Notes: generated by a model from the letters alone, not told the origin. DNA of 61,960 nucleotides, filler included, from Bdellovibrionota bacterium (GCA_963169515.1; 3 parts of 3 records of this genome joined end to end with filler, not necessarily neighbours in it); one strand, 5' to 3'. Positions 1 to 11,472 are shown, counted from the first letter of the whole stretch. Numbers and translations are program-made.

Positions 1-970
1 TCATTTCGGCGAAGATGTTGCTGAAAATGTCGTCTGCCCAATGGCGATTGGAATTTTTGGTGGAGATGCTAAAAAAATTTCTATAAATAAAGCCATACCC
101 AAAATGATTGCCATGGAACAAGAATATGGATCCATGGTGAAGGCCATCAAAGCCCAGTCTGAAAAAGATGAACAAACAGCCCTATTGAGCTTCAAAAATG
201 GTATGCAAGTTTTAATCGACGCATTGGAAAAACAACTCGGGGAAAACTTCAAGCCAAACTCTTATGTCACACAGATCGAAAAGGGAAAAATGTTCAAAGT
301 GACTTACCAGGATGAGGTAGAAAGCCAAACCTTTACGGAAGAGTTTCAGGATGTAATCCTCTCCTTGCCAGCAAATGCAATGCCTGATGTGTTAGGCGGA
401 ATCATTGACGAAGTAACCCTGGAGAAGCTGGCAAGCTTTCCAACAGCCCCAATTAAAAACTTAACTATAGCATTTCAAAAACCACTTAATTTTAGAGGTT
501 TTGGGGTGCTTGTTTCACCTAATGAGGGGGAGAAAATTTTAGGCTTTTTACACCCAAAAGACATATTTGAAAACCGTTGCCCCGAAGGGAAAGATATTCT
601 TACGGTCATGCTAGGTGGAACTTTCCATCCACAAGCAATTAATTGGTCTTTGCAAAATGGTTTAAAAATTGCACTAGAGGCATTAGAAAAAATCTTAGGA
701 AAACTACCGCCTGTGGAAAAATATTGGGCTTGGAACCATGCCCCAGGAATTCCTCAATACAATACAGATTGGATTGAGTTTATGGATCATTTCGAAGGCC
801 AAATAAAGGCGACTAACGGCCTCTGGTTGCATAGCACAGTTTCAGGAGGCATTTCGATTAATGATTGTATACGAAAATCATTTGAGCTCGCTGATCAGTT
901 TGATCCGTCGAATTATGTTACAAAGTACCGGCCCGACGTAGAATCATTGGAAACTGAAGAAGAATTTTGA
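1..970 (+). CDS. hemY: Protoporphyrinogen/coproporphyrinogen oxidase (HemY/HemG FAD-dependent family), 5'-truncated by window edge
   Basis: Frame is open from base 2 (HFGEDVAENVVCPMAIGIFGGD). HemY-type motifs: LLSFKNGMQVLIDAL, GFGVLV, GIPQY, GISINDCI. Confidence 0.8.
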   Translation, partial: HFGEDVAENVVCPMAIGIFGGDAKKISINKAIPKMIAMEQEYGSMVKAIKAQSEKDEQTALLSFKNGMQVLIDALEKQLGENFKPNSYVTQIEKGKMFKVTYQDEVESQTFTEEFQDVILSLPANAMPDVLGGIIDEVTLEKLASFPTAPIKNLTIAFQKPLNFRGFGVLVSPNEGEKILGFLHPKDIFENRCPEGKDILTVMLGGTFHPQAINWSLQNGLKIALEALEKILGKLPPVEKYWAWNHAPGIPQYNTDWIEFMDHFEGQIKATNGLWLHSTVSGGISINDCIRKSFELADQFDPSNYVTKYRPDVESLETEEEF

Positions 971-1011
971 TATCCTCGACTAATAGATTCTCGATCAAAT
1001 TAGGATTAGAC

Positions 1012-1323
1012 GTGAAAAAATTGTTTGTGCTCTTTTTATTAGTCGGCTGCGGAACAAGCCCTTACAAAGAATACGAAAAGTTTCCAATTGGGGGCGATAA
1101 ATCAGATCTTGTGGAACAGGTTGGATCTCCAATTAAATCTAAACGAAAAAATGGGATAGATATTTGGACATATAGATTTTTCGATGGAGAAAATAAAATT
1201 TTTCGCGACGTACACATCAAAGATGGAAAAGTTATAGAAAAAACTGAAAATGCTGACGCCCGAGAAGCAGAGATTGAGCAAAAGATCATGGATGGCGTAC
1301 TAAAATCTAAGAAAAAAAATTAA
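1012..1323 (+). CDS. Small lipoprotein, SmpA/OmlA (BamE)-like domain
   Basis: GTG start at 1012 with lipobox LVGC. Pattern IGGDKSDLVEQVGSP...WTY resembles SmpA/OmlA. Confidence 0.6.
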   Translation: MKKLFVLFLLVGCGTSPYKEYEKFPIGGDKSDLVEQVGSPIKSKRKNGIDIWTYRFFDGENKIFRDVHIKDGKVIEKTENADAREAEIEQKIMDGVLKSKKKN

Positions 1324-1847
1324 AACGGTCGCCGCGTCTCAAGAAAATCAACTTGAACTTTTTTTCCAGCCAGAGCTGGTTCAATAAAGCCTTTCCCTAA
1401 TAAGAGCATCACCGCTTGCGTTGTTTCGGTCTCATAAGGCGCCATGGTCGCAATCGTCGACATTTTTAAAAATCTATTTTCGATCTTCCAGTCGCCTTGA
1501 ATTGCTGGTGAATCGGAAACGGCAACCCATTCTTCTTCAGACTTTACCCATTGTTGGTAACGAACTACGTATGTAGGTCTTGGGTTGAAATTTAACTGCA
1601 CATCAATCGACCAAGCTCGATTTGGGGAGTTGGCAAAGATCTCAGGAAGGCTTTGCAGATACCAATAATGCCATTTTAGATCGACTTGTCTTTTTGTGTA
1701 TTTGAAACGCTTGTAATAGTCACTCGCAGGCTTGCCAAAAACCTGCCCTTCTTGGGGCGGCTGATGGCCACCATGAACAACCTCATTCCCATTTTCTCCG
1801 CACGACAGCAAAAACAAAACTGAAAATAGAATCACTATATTCTTCAT
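1320..1847 (-). CDS. Hypothetical lipoprotein
   Basis: GGGGGAG RBS, signal peptide with LLSC lipobox, 175-aa ORF. Confidence 0.65.
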   Translation of the reverse strand: MKNIVILFSVLFLLSCGENGNEVVHGGHQPPQEGQVFGKPASDYYKRFKYTKRQVDLKWHYWYLQSLPEIFANSPNRAWSIDVQLNFNPRPTYVVRYQQWVKSEEEWVAVSDSPAIQGDWKIENRFLKMSTIATMAPYETETTQAVMLLLGKGFIEPALAGKKVQVDFLETRRPF

Positions 1848-1860
1848 TACTCCCCCAAAT

Positions 1861-1892
1861 GTCCGATCACCGGACGACCGGTGCCTGGCACC
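1861..1892. repeat. REP-like double-hairpin repeat copy (GTCCG-N5-CGGAC-N4-GGTGCCTGGCACC)
   Basis: Same architecture as both arms at 38805-38843 and 38914-38952. Overlaps the last codons and stop of the aminopeptidase. Confidence 0.7.
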
Positions 1893-3321
1893 AGTGTTCG
1901 ATGAATTTTAGTCCCCAGCGAACTCCAAATCCTGTTATGTCAGAACTCACTAAGCCCAGGCCACCTTTATTTTCTTCTGATGATAGATCCATGTGTACCC
2001 AAGGGGTATCGCCGACAAAATGGCTTAGAAAAGTGGCCGCGTTGATATGATCCACTCCCCGTGCATTAGAGCATTGGAGTATATCTGCAACCTCAGATTT
2101 AATGTTTTCATAGTAGTCTTCGCCAATTGGAAAGAGCCAGCAGCGCTCTCCTGTTTCTATCCCCACAGCCACGGCTAATTCACCGGCTTTCGTAGAGTTT
2201 GAAAATACGGCTGCACGCCTAGTACCAATAGAATAAACGGCAGTTCCTGTAAGGGTCGCAAAATTTAAAATCAAATCAGGGTTTACCTTTTTAGAATAGC
2301 ATAAGGTATCACACAGAACCATTCTACCTTCGGCATCAGTATCAACGACCTCAATGCTTGTCCCATCCATCGCGATAACTACGTCATTAGGTTTATACCC
2401 CGTTGGTGAAATCAAATTTTCAGCCAGTGCAAGATACGCGTGAACTTCAATCGGAGCTTTCAGCTCCACCAAAGCTTCAAATAAAGCTAAGGCCACAGCC
2501 GATCCGGTCATATCCCTATGCATGGTATACATATGGCTTGTCTTCACGTTATATCCGCCAGTATCAAAACAAAGACCCTTTCCGACAAGGCTGACAACGG
2601 CTTTTGCTTTAGATTTGGGTTTGTAGGTAAGATGAGCTATTCCCCCTTCGGTATCGGGGTCCGCACTCATTACGGCTAACATACTTCCTGCTCCTAGTTT
2701 TTTCAGAGCTACTGTGTCTAAGAATTTGTATGAATATTTATTGCTCTTCGCACGATTTTGAAGAATTTTTTTAAATTCTTTTGGGGTTAAAATATTTGAT
2801 GGCATACTTGCTAAAGTACGAACCAACCCATTTTTCTCACCGACACAAACAGACCTACCCACAATACGCTTGATTTTTTGAGAGTTTAAAGAGGTTTTAA
2901 ATTGTGGAAGAATCCGTGTTTTAGGTTTTTGATCCTTTTTTCTTTTTCCATAGACGGGCGGGTTCCAGGCTTCAAGCTCAGAAAGAGTGGCTATTGCCTC
3001 TACTGCCAATTCTTTATCCTTAACGCCCAGTTTATTCAAATACACTACGACCCCGTCTTCGTTATTTAAAGACGAAACTAAATTCTTTCGAATTACAGAT
3101 TGAAAATCAAAGGGACTAATTCTTTTTTTAACAAACAAATATTGAATAGCACCACCATCTTCAAGGGATTGAGTCACAAACTGGGCACCTTCATTGAACT
3201 TGAGATCACCAAGATCACTAATTTTCTTTGAAAGAGTAGGCTTTGTATTTTTTAGTGAAGTGCCGATACTTTTTTTAGAGTCAACGTACGCGATGGTGAT
3301 ATCGTTTGCTTTCTTGCTCAT
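1867..3321 (-). CDS. pepA: Leucyl aminopeptidase, M17 family
   Basis: VGKGLCFDTGG...K...DMTGSA, DTDAEGRM, ATLTG and HMDL motifs. Start set to ATG 3321 after a GAGGG RBS. Confidence 0.9.
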   Translation of the reverse strand: MSKKANDITIAYVDSKKSIGTSLKNTKPTLSKKISDLGDLKFNEGAQFVTQSLEDGGAIQYLFVKKRISPFDFQSVIRKNLVSSLNNEDGVVVYLNKLGVKDKELAVEAIATLSELEAWNPPVYGKRKKDQKPKTRILPQFKTSLNSQKIKRIVGRSVCVGEKNGLVRTLASMPSNILTPKEFKKILQNRAKSNKYSYKFLDTVALKKLGAGSMLAVMSADPDTEGGIAHLTYKPKSKAKAVVSLVGKGLCFDTGGYNVKTSHMYTMHRDMTGSAVALALFEALVELKAPIEVHAYLALAENLISPTGYKPNDVVIAMDGTSIEVVDTDAEGRMVLCDTLCYSKKVNPDLILNFATLTGTAVYSIGTRRAAVFSNSTKAGELAVAVGIETGERCWLFPIGEDYYENIKSEVADILQCSNARGVDHINAATFLSHFVGDTPWVHMDLSSEENKGGLGLVSSDITGFGVRWGLKFIEHWCQAPVVR

Positions 3322-3330
3322 ACGCACCCT

Positions 3331-3813
3331 CTATTTCGTCAACTTGATGCGCTCCTGCGGTGTCGCCGATGGCTCTGCAAATGGAGCTGATTTTTTGTCT
3401 TCCACTGGCTTCTTGGGCTCTGGAAATGTGCTTTCCACTTTCATTTTAAGTTGGGACAAAATTTTATCCAAGCCCAATTCGTTTTCCAACTCGCGCAGTC
3501 GTTGTGCGTTAAGGCGAGAGTATTTAATCTCTATGGATTCGCCCTTTTCTGGATGTTCAAAGCGTAAATGATATTTAATTTTTTCTGCACGCCGAATGTT
3601 TTTTTTCATCTCTTCATGGTCCTGGACAATTTCATGGGTGATTTCTTGAATTTTCGCTTTATCTTTTGTCTGACTCATTTCATGCACAAGCTTACGAATT
3701 TTCCGCTCAAGTGTTTCGACTTTATTTTCAAAACCATTCATTTCGTTCATATGCGTCGAATATGTCCCCGCAAATACGGAAAGGGAGAACAGCAAAACGC
3801 TAAGGATTTGCAC
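3331..3813 (-). CDS. Hypothetical secreted coiled-coil protein
   Basis: GAGGAG RBS, GTG at 3813, signal peptide ending VFA, helical charged body. Confidence 0.6.
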   Translation of the reverse strand: MQILSVLLFSLSVFAGTYSTHMNEMNGFENKVETLERKIRKLVHEMSQTKDKAKIQEITHEIVQDHEEMKKNIRRAEKIKYHLRFEHPEKGESIEIKYSRLNAQRLRELENELGLDKILSQLKMKVESTFPEPKKPVEDKKSAPFAEPSATPQERIKLTK

Positions 3814-4435
3814 TGTTTTTCTCCTCAGCACTGATAAGTGACATTTGACTCCATTGAATATCAAACGGAAACTCCTTTAGCCGAGAAACGATGACACTCG
3901 CTTTAACAGCGTTTAACTTAGGAATAACCAGAACACCAGTTTTTATCGATTTTATCAATTCCACAATATTTATATTTAATTTCGAATCTTCCAAACAGCT
4001 TCGCACTGAGGCAATCAAGTCCGCAGAATCGATTCCCGCTATCTTCACCTGATAAAACAAAATCCCCTCGCGTGCACGAGATTCTTCTGAATTTGCAAAG
4101 TTATTAATTTCTTGCAAACCGACACTCAGGCCCGCAGATGTGCCCTCTGGGGGCTCTTCATTTGCAGAGGCGATCGCTGGCTCAACCTCTGGCGCGTCGA
4201 AGCTCCATTCCGCGCCATCAACATCTGGCGTTGCTTCCACAGCTTTTTCCTCAACTGTGAACGGAGCATCGGGAAGCGCGCTAACCTCTACGCTCTCGCT
4301 TGAAGAAATTTTTAAATTTCCATCAAAATCTGCAACAAGCATCAATTTACAGTTTGAACATTGGACAATTCCAAATGCGTCTTCTATTGTCTGGCTGCAC
4401 TTAGGGCAGTTGCTCACGACCCAGCTCCGTGACAT
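3800..4435 (-). CDS. Hypothetical protein with N-terminal zinc ribbon
   Basis: CPKC-x12-CSNC, acidic linker, folded C-terminal domain. Overlaps the secA end. Confidence 0.65.
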   Translation of the reverse strand: MSRSWVVSNCPKCSQTIEDAFGIVQCSNCKLMLVADFDGNLKISSSESVEVSALPDAPFTVEEKAVEATPDVDGAEWSFDAPEVEPAIASANEEPPEGTSAGLSVGLQEINNFANSEESRAREGILFYQVKIAGIDSADLIASVRSCLEDSKLNINIVELIKSIKTGVLVIPKLNAVKASVIVSRLKEFPFDIQWSQMSLISAEEKNSANP

Positions 4436-7098
4436 TTTTTAAATTTTTTGCCGCTACCACATGGACACGGATCATTGCGGCCCACTTTTTCAAATTCCCT
4501 GTGAACGGGGCTGTTCGAAGCTCTTTTTTGCGCAGCTGGTGCTTCCCCATGGGACATGGTCATACGAGTCGGTGCGGATCGAGGGCCGAGTCCTTCAAGC
4601 GCAACCTCTTCCGCGTGCTCTCGCTCGGCCTCTTCGATCAATTCCTGGCGAACCTGAACCCGGAACAGTTTCTCTAATGTGTCGGATTTAATAGAAAAGT
4701 CCATTGCAGCGAAGGCCGCAAACGCTTCTGTTTTATACTCTATCAGTGGGTCTTTTTGGGCGTAGGCACGCAAGTTAATACCTTCGCGTAAATGGTCGAT
4801 CAGTTGCAAATGCTCTTTCCATTTTACATCAATAGACTGTAGCAAAATCATCTTTTGCGCCTGTGGGAATATCGGCCCCAAACTTTTCTTTTGAGCATCA
4901 TAGGCTGCAAGAACAGTGTCTCGAACTAATTTCGTTAAGCCCTCAGAGGTTAAATTTTCTGAACTGTGACCATTTTCAAAAAGGACATTGACACCAAACT
5001 GCTGATGAAGCGCTTTATTTAAATTCATCAAATCCCATTGTTCTCTTTTTACTTTTTCGTCAGCATAAAGGTCCAGCAAGTTCGATGTCACATCGGCCAT
5101 CATTTCTTTAATGATGCTGTCTAAACCTTTCCCATCGAGCACTTCTTTACGTAAGCTATAAATCGAATTACGTTGTTTATTCATAACGTCGTCGTAATCC
5201 AGCAGATGCTTACGAATGTCAAAGTTGTGTGCCTCTACCTTTCTTTGAGCTCCCTCGATAGCTCTAGTTACCATTGGTGCGGTGATCGGCTCATCTTCAG
5301 GTAAATTGAGCGTCGTCATGATTCTTTTGATGCGCTCGCCATTAAACACAACCATCAGATGATCATCCAGCGAAAGATAGAATTTTGTTTGCCCTGGATC
5401 ACCCTGGCGGCCAGATCGGCCGCGCAATTGATTGTCGATACGGCGGGATTCGTGCCTTTCTGTACCAATGATGCACAGTCCCCCTGCCGCAACAACCTCT
5501 TCTCGTTCTTTTGCGCATTGAACTTTAAACTTTTCCAAAGCCTGCTTGTATTCATCTGAATCTGTATCTGAGTTAATTTGTTTTGCCAAAAACTCTGGAT
5601 TGCCTCCCAGAACAATATCCGTCCCACGGCCAGCCATATTCGTCGCAATTGTCACCGCGCCTTTGCGCCCCGCCTGCGCAACAATCTCTGCCTCGCGCTC
5701 GTGGTGTTTTGCGTTTAAGACATTGTGTCGGATATTTACTTTTTTTAAGTACTCGCTCAATTTTTCTGATTTCTCGATACTTACGGTACCAACCAACGCT
5801 GGCTGCCCTTTCTCGTGTCGTTCCCTAATATCTTCTGCTATCGCTTTGAATTTTGCCTGCTCAGTCTTGTAAACCACATCGTCAAGATCTTTACGTTTGA
5901 CCGGTCGGTTTGTCGGAATCACGCTCACGCCAAGATTATAAATTTTTTGGAACTCAACGGCTTCAGTCTCCGCAGTTCCAGTCATACCAGCGAGCTTATT
6001 ATACATACGAAAATAATTTTGAAACGTAATCGTTGCGAGCGTTTGATTTTCGCTGCGAATACGTACGCCCTCTTTTGCTTCAACAGATTGATGTAAGCCA
6101 TCGCTCCAGCGACGGCCTTCCATCAGCCGACCCGTGAATTCATCTACAATAACAACTTGACCATCTTTGATCATATAATCCACATCACGACGATACATGA
6201 AATGGGCTTTCAGGCCCTGATGAACATAGTGAAGCCAATCGATGTTTTTAGGATCATAGATATTTCCAACATTAAGAAGCTGCTCAACCTTATCGTTGCC
6301 CTCTTCCGTTAACATTACAGTTTTTGATTTTTCCTCGGTCGTAAAGTGGGTGGTGTTTTTTAACTGAGGAATCAAACGATTAACGATCAAATATTTATCT
6401 GAAGATTCTTCCGCGGGACCTGAAATAATAAGAGGAGTTCTGGCTTCATCTACCAAGATCGAGTCACATTCGTCCACGATGGCGTAATTATGGGGGCGCT
6501 GAACATAATCACCAAAACCGAACTTCATATTATCGCGAAGGTAATCAAAACCAAATTCATTGTTTGTACCGTAAGTAATATCTGAATAATAAGACTCGCG
6601 CCGCTGTCGATCATCCAATTCGTGAGTGATGGTTCCAATGCTCATTCCCAACCATTTATACACACGCCCCATCCATTCGGCGTCCCGCTTAGCCAAATAG
6701 TCGTTTACCGTCACGACATGAACGCCCTTGCCACCTAAAGAATTAAGGTAAACAGGTAGCGTTGCCACTAATGTTTTCCCCTCGCCCGTTTTCATCTCCG
6801 CAATTTTGCCAGAATGGAGAACCATTCCACCAATCAGTTGAACATCGTAGTGTCGAAGGCCAATTGTACGTTTGGATGCTTCTCGGCAAACCGCAAAAGC
6901 TTCCGGGAGGATCTCATCCAAGCTCTGGCCATTTTGAATTCGTTGTTTAAATTCTGCCGACTTTGCTTGCAACTCACTATCTCGTAGTATGGAAATTTGA
7001 TTTTCAAGGGAATTTATCTTATCAACCATCGGTTGAAGACGTTTCATTTCCCGTTCATGAGAAGTTCCAAATATTTTTTGTAGCGTCTGCAAAACCAA
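4414..7098 (-). CDS. secA: Preprotein translocase ATPase SecA
   Basis: [37 protein letters not shown] and C-terminal [20 protein letters not shown] start at 7098 after GGAGG. Confidence 0.99.
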   Translation of the reverse strand: MVLQTLQKIFGTSHEREMKRLQPMVDKINSLENQISILRDSELQAKSAEFKQRIQNGQSLDEILPEAFAVCREASKRTIGLRHYDVQLIGGMVLHSGKIAEMKTGEGKTLVATLPVYLNSLGGKGVHVVTVNDYLAKRDAEWMGRVYKWLGMSIGTITHELDDRQRRESYYSDITYGTNNEFGFDYLRDNMKFGFGDYVQRPHNYAIVDECDSILVDEARTPLIISGPAEESSDKYLIVNRLIPQLKNTTHFTTEEKSKTVMLTEEGNDKVEQLLNVGNIYDPKNIDWLHYVHQGLKAHFMYRRDVDYMIKDGQVVIVDEFTGRLMEGRRWSDGLHQSVEAKEGVRIRSENQTLATITFQNYFRMYNKLAGMTGTAETEAVEFQKIYNLGVSVIPTNRPVKRKDLDDVVYKTEQAKFKAIAEDIRERHEKGQPALVGTVSIEKSEKLSEYLKKVNIRHNVLNAKHHEREAEIVAQAGRKGAVTIATNMAGRGTDIVLGGNPEFLAKQINSDTDSDEYKQALEKFKVQCAKEREEVVAAGGLCIIGTERHESRRIDNQLRGRSGRQGDPGQTKFYLSLDDHLMVVFNGERIKRIMTTLNLPEDEPITAPMVTRAIEGAQRKVEAHNFDIRKHLLDYDDVMNKQRNSIYSLRKEVLDGKGLDSIIKEMMADVTSNLLDLYADEKVKREQWDLMNLNKALHQQFGVNVLFENGHSSENLTSEGLTKLVRDTVLAAYDAQKKSLGPIFPQAQKMILLQSIDVKWKEHLQLIDHLREGINLRAYAQKDPLIEYKTEAFAAFAAMDFSIKSDTLEKLFRVQVRQELIEEAEREHAEEVALEGLGPRSAPTRMTMSHGEAPAAQKRASNSPVHREFEKVGRNDPCPCGSGKKFKKCHGAGS

Positions 7099-7245
7099 AA
7101 TCGCCTCCAAAGATCAACTATTTACGATATCTGCTCAAAACCCTTATGTCACGGATAAGCCCCCATAAGTATTAGGTTTTTCGCAATGGATTAAAACTAG
7201 CTTACATACGCGTTGGTGCAAAAAGCTTGGGAAGCCGCTAACTTA

Positions 7246-7746
7246 TTATTTTTCTTGTAAAAATCTACGACTGTTTATTTGACGATAGCCCTCATACATG
7301 GCGGCGGTAACCGCGTTTGAAAGGTTCAGACTGCGAATGGGCCCAAGCATTGGCATTTTGACCAACTGATTTTTAAAGCGATCTCGAATTTCATCACTAA
7401 GCCCCTGCGTTTCTCGTCCAAACACCAACCAATCGCCCGGCGCGAACTCAAACTCAAAGTACGTCTGGGTCGCCTTGGTAGAAAAAAAAATCATTCGCCT
7501 GTGGTCTGGTACCTTTTCTAGCCAAGCATCAATGGATTTATGTTGAAACCATTTCAAATATTGCCAGTAATCCAGCCCCGCACGCTTCAATTGCCTATTG
7601 TTAATTTCAAAACCTAATTTCCCAACTAAATGCAACTCTGAGTTGAGGCCAACGCAGCTGCGGCCGATAGAGCCCGTATTGCTCGGAATTTCCGGCTCGA
7701 TTAAAACAATTCGAAATAGAGGAATATTTATTTCAGATACCGACAA
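7246..7746 (-). CDS. trmL: tRNA (cytidine/uridine-34 2'-O)-methyltransferase
   Basis: PEIPSNTGSIGR, RAGLDYW, FGRETQGL and RSLNLSN SPOUT motifs. Confidence 0.93.
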   Translation of the reverse strand: MSVSEINIPLFRIVLIEPEIPSNTGSIGRSCVGLNSELHLVGKLGFEINNRQLKRAGLDYWQYLKWFQHKSIDAWLEKVPDHRRMIFFSTKATQTYFEFEFAPGDWLVFGRETQGLSDEIRDRFKNQLVKMPMLGPIRSLNLSNAVTAAMYEGYRQINSRRFLQEK

Positions 7747-8324
7747 ATTTCTTGCCCCAGCTTTGTAAGAGCAAGTCGGCGGCCCTTGTCTATGATAATT
7801 CCTTGGTTCATCAGGTCACGGTAAAGATCCATTTGAATGGGCACAATATCTCGGCCGGTACACTGCCCTAATTTTGATATATAAGTCCGCTCACGCTCAT
7901 TTAATTGCATTGTGAACGGTGGAAAGCTGTTAAAATTATTCATCCAGTCGCCATTTTCGATCAACTTCGCACCTCTAGGGAGTTTTTTGGGATTCATAAC
8001 ATAGGCCCACGCTTGATGGACTTGGCCCTCTTCGTCTTTCACCTCAATCTGGGCTCGATGGTGCATACTTTTATCGGGTTGAATTGCATTGAAGCCAAAA
8101 AATGGATCAAGCAGCGAAATCAAGGTCTCATAATTATTTAGGGTCGCAAGCTTGCCCGAAATTGAGGTTGCGCCTTCGCGAAGGAATACGGGATAACCCA
8201 CTTCAAGTCGATAAACAGACCCCATCGCGGAAACTTCCTTGGAACTTGCAATAAAATTGGAAATCAGACCGTGATGGACCATACCCTCTGAAAGAGAACC
8301 GAACACAAACATAGTTGCTTGCAA
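7728..8324 (-). CDS. Gamma-glutamylcyclotransferase (GGCT/AIG2-like) family protein with C-terminal extension
   Basis: FVFGSL N-terminal motif, GYPV, AWAYVM...IENGDW. AGGAGG RBS before TTG 8324. Confidence 0.7.
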   Translation of the reverse strand: MQATMFVFGSLSEGMVHHGLISNFIASSKEVSAMGSVYRLEVGYPVFLREGATSISGKLATLNNYETLISLLDPFFGFNAIQPDKSMHHRAQIEVKDEEGQVHQAWAYVMNPKKLPRGAKLIENGDWMNNFNSFPPFTMQLNERERTYISKLGQCTGRDIVPIQMDLYRDLMNQGIIIDKGRRLALTKLGQEICRYLK

Positions 8325-8491
8325 TGACCCCTCCTGAAAAAAGAGTGATTGATATAACAAACTCGGCTTGAAAGAACAAGAAACTATGTTTGACTATATT
8401 TTTCGTGAGCGGTGCAAAAATTAAAAAAATCTCTTGCGCTTCCTAAAAGTGTTTTTATAACGATGAAAAGAAACTCTATATAAGGATAAAA

Positions 8492-8857
8492 GTGAGCTAC
8501 AGAGACGAACCCGTTACGTATATGGGACATCATTGGGTGCAAGTTCAGGGCGATCAAGTTGTTGTTGGATTAAATGAAGATGCCTTGAACGAAATTGAAA
8601 CTATCGACAAAATTAATTTTCCCAATGAATCGGAAGATGTTACCGCGGACGAACCCTGCGGTGATGTTGAGACAAATGATGGGCACTTAAATATATATTC
8701 TCCGGTCGATGGTACAATTGCTGAGGTAAATCCAGAATTAAAAGGCAGCACAGATCTTATATTTTCAGATCCCTACGGCGATGGGTGGTTAATAAAAGTA
8801 AATCCATCCGACGATACGGACTTGGATAATCTTCTGTCAGATATTTCTGAAGATTAG
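8492..8857 (+). CDS. Glycine cleavage H-protein-like protein lacking the lipoyl lysine
   Basis: HHWV...VVGL, IYSPVDGTIAEVN and DPYGDGWLIKV match GcvH. The canonical ESVKA reads ETNDG. Confidence 0.85.
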   Translation: MSYRDEPVTYMGHHWVQVQGDQVVVGLNEDALNEIETIDKINFPNESEDVTADEPCGDVETNDGHLNIYSPVDGTIAEVNPELKGSTDLIFSDPYGDGWLIKVNPSDDTDLDNLLSDISED

Positions 8858-8869
8858 TTATTAAGGGTT

Positions 8870-10369
8870 CTATTTTTCCCCATGTCCTTTATCTGTGTTA
8901 CTAGCTGGAAGCTCGTTAAGCGTGGTTTCTTTATATTCTTTTCCATCATAGCGAAAAATTTTTTCTTCATTTTCCATAGTGGTTTTAAGGTTCACTGGTC
9001 GGTTCCAAATGGTTTGAATGTTTTTAAGAGTTTCTTTCATATAATCTGGCTGCATATCGACGCCCTCGAATAGATGGCCCAACAAAAGTTCCCCCTTACC
9101 ATCAAAGTTTCCATCTACAACTTCGACAATGGGTTGTCCCATGTTTGTCAGTTGGAACAAAAACTTCCTCTTCACTTCTGCAAAGTCGCGGGTATCGATA
9201 ACATATTCGCCCGTTCTCTGATTGAACTTGTACACAAACATTTTGTTTTTTATGCAAAAGTCTTCTGTTAGGAACTCATCTATAAACATGACATCATTAT
9301 AATCACGCCGTACTTCATAAATTTTTTGGCGTCCCAGACCGGTTTTCTTATCCCAATTTGACTTATCTTCATAGTTATCACACTCGCTCCATTCTTTACC
9401 AAATTTTCCTTTGTTCCACCGGTCTTCGATATCACGAAAAAGTTCCAAACCCACCTTGTACGGATTGAATCCCGTTGGCGCCATTGCGACTGTGCCGCTA
9501 TGGTGGTCGGCATAGTCTATAATTTCAGCGTCCGAAAGCACCTGTTCAGTCATCATCGTCGTGTGCCAGTACGATGCCCAACCTTCATTCATAATTTTTG
9601 TCATTGCTTGTGGCGCGAAATAATAAGACTCGGCCCTAATGATCGACAGTATATCTTGCTGCCATAAATCCAAGGGTGCATTGTTAATTAAGAATAATAA
9701 CACATCTTTTTCTGGACGCTCGGGCGTAAAGAATTTTTGTTGGTCTCGCTTTGTTTCCAGGGATTCGCGAATTTCCCTTATGTAGTCGGAAGCACGATAA
9801 AATTTTTCACGATTTTTGTCGCCGGCGGCAGTTTCTACTTGAGCTTTGTTGAATTCACGCCCTTTATCAAAATACGGGCCATGCCGATCGATTAAATTTT
9901 CAACACTTAGACACTTGTCTATGAAATCCTCCACCTTGTCGTATCCATAACGATCCATATACCTTTGAATCCGAGTCGCGTGGTTAGCCATCACGTCCAT
10001 CATTTTGCGTTCGGTTTTTGAAAACCACTGATTGTTCTTAAAAAAGTCTGCGTGCCCATACACGTGAGCCATAACAAGTTTTTGATCCACCAGCATATTA
10101 CCTTCCATAAGATAGGCATATACCGGATTGGTATTGATCACCATTTCGTATATTTTCGAAAGGCCGTATTCATAACCCTTGGCGAGCTTTTCGTACTCCA
10201 TTCCAAAACGCCAATGCGGATACCTCACCGGAAAGCCGCCTCGTGCGGCAAATTCATTCATTTGATCATAGGTAATCACTTCGTAAATCACCTCGAAATA
10301 ATCCAAGCCATAGCTTCGAGCCATTTTTTCAATTTTAAACCTCTCGGCTTCAAGCTCTGGCGTCAACAT
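8870..10369 (-). CDS. spoVR: SpoVR family protein
   Basis: RYPHWRFGMEY, YEMVINTNP, AHVYGHADFFKNN, TKIMNEGWASYWH, NPYKVG. Confidence 0.95.
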   Translation of the reverse strand: MLTPELEAERFKIEKMARSYGLDYFEVIYEVITYDQMNEFAARGGFPVRYPHWRFGMEYEKLAKGYEYGLSKIYEMVINTNPVYAYLMEGNMLVDQKLVMAHVYGHADFFKNNQWFSKTERKMMDVMANHATRIQRYMDRYGYDKVEDFIDKCLSVENLIDRHGPYFDKGREFNKAQVETAAGDKNREKFYRASDYIREIRESLETKRDQQKFFTPERPEKDVLLFLINNAPLDLWQQDILSIIRAESYYFAPQAMTKIMNEGWASYWHTTMMTEQVLSDAEIIDYADHHSGTVAMAPTGFNPYKVGLELFRDIEDRWNKGKFGKEWSECDNYEDKSNWDKKTGLGRQKIYEVRRDYNDVMFIDEFLTEDFCIKNKMFVYKFNQRTGEYVIDTRDFAEVKRKFLFQLTNMGQPIVEVVDGNFDGKGELLLGHLFEGVDMQPDYMKETLKNIQTIWNRPVNLKTTMENEEKIFRYDGKEYKETTLNELPASNTDKGHGEK

Positions 10370-11472
10370 TAGGCACCTTTTCCAAGAAAAATTTTAATCG
10401 AATCAATAATTTGATTCCTATTAGCAATCCGACTCATTAAAAGGCCCTCTTGGCTTGGAAACGCTTTTTCTAAGTCTTTCAAAAACTGACCACTGCCGTA
10501 TCGACTTTCGACTTGCCCATAACAAAATAAGTTTACTCGTGGAAGTAATTCATCTTTTAAAAGCTTAAGACAATACCGTGTATCTTCCGAGCTCCAATTG
10601 TCACCGTCACTAAAATGGAAAATATAAACATTCCATTCATCCAGAGGATATTCATCGTCGATAATTTTTTTACCTAAATTATAGGCAGAGCTAATGAGCG
10701 TGCCCCCGGATTCGCTGGTTCTAAAGAAGGTTTCTTCATCTACCTCTTGAGCGGCCGCATCGTGAATGATAAATCGTGATTCGAGACCTTTGTAATGTTT
10801 TTTTAGCCACGTATGAATCCAAAAGCTCTCCAAACGAACAATTTCTTTTTGCTCATTCCCCATAGATCCAGAAACGTCCATTACATAAATTACCACAGCA
10901 TTTGTTGTTGGCTGCGGAACGACTTTGAACGAGCGAAATCGTAAGTCTTTTCGAATGGGAACAATAATTGGTTTATCAGGATCATAGGTTCCAGCGACAA
11001 TTTCCCTTTTAAGCGCCTCTTTAAATGAAGATTTAAAGTGACGAAGGCTGTCGGGACCGACTTGGCGCAATCCCTTGTATTTAAACTTATTGCTTTCAAT
11101 TTTATTGTGTCCCTTGGGTTTAATGCGCGGAAGCTCGAGCTCTTCACCCAAAATTTCCGCCAATTCTTCATAAGTGATTTCTACCTCAAGCATATGCTGG
11201 CCGGGATCTTTGCCTGCTTGCCCTTGCCCTTGCGCTTCCCCTGGTTCGCCCGGAACTGGATCGCCTTGCTTTCCTTGGCCTTGCCCCACCCCACCAGTGG
11301 ATTTGGGGCCGTACTTGAATGTTGGAATATTGATTCGAGGGATCGGGATTTTGACAAACTCTTTATCGCGTTTGCCAATCATTTCATCATGGGTAATATA
11401 CCGTCTAAAATTTTCTTTGATACGACCCTTAACAATTTCCCTAAATCTACGTTGATCTTGTTTTACACTCAT
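10369..11472 (-). CDS. DUF444 / YeaH-YhbH family protein (vWA-like)
   Basis: Gly-rich GVGQG linker, MDVSGSM MIDAS-like motif, [13 protein letters not shown]. Lies between prkA and spoVR. Confidence 0.93.
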   Translation of the reverse strand: MSVKQDQRRFREIVKGRIKENFRRYITHDEMIGKRDKEFVKIPIPRINIPTFKYGPKSTGGVGQGQGKQGDPVPGEPGEAQGQGQAGKDPGQHMLEVEITYEELAEILGEELELPRIKPKGHNKIESNKFKYKGLRQVGPDSLRHFKSSFKEALKREIVAGTYDPDKPIIVPIRKDLRFRSFKVVPQPTTNAVVIYVMDVSGSMGNEQKEIVRLESFWIHTWLKKHYKGLESRFIIHDAAAQEVDEETFFRTSESGGTLISSAYNLGKKIIDDEYPLDEWNVYIFHFSDGDNWSSEDTRYCLKLLKDELLPRVNLFCYGQVESRYGSGQFLKDLEKAFPSQEGLLMSRIANRNQIIDSIKIFLGKGA

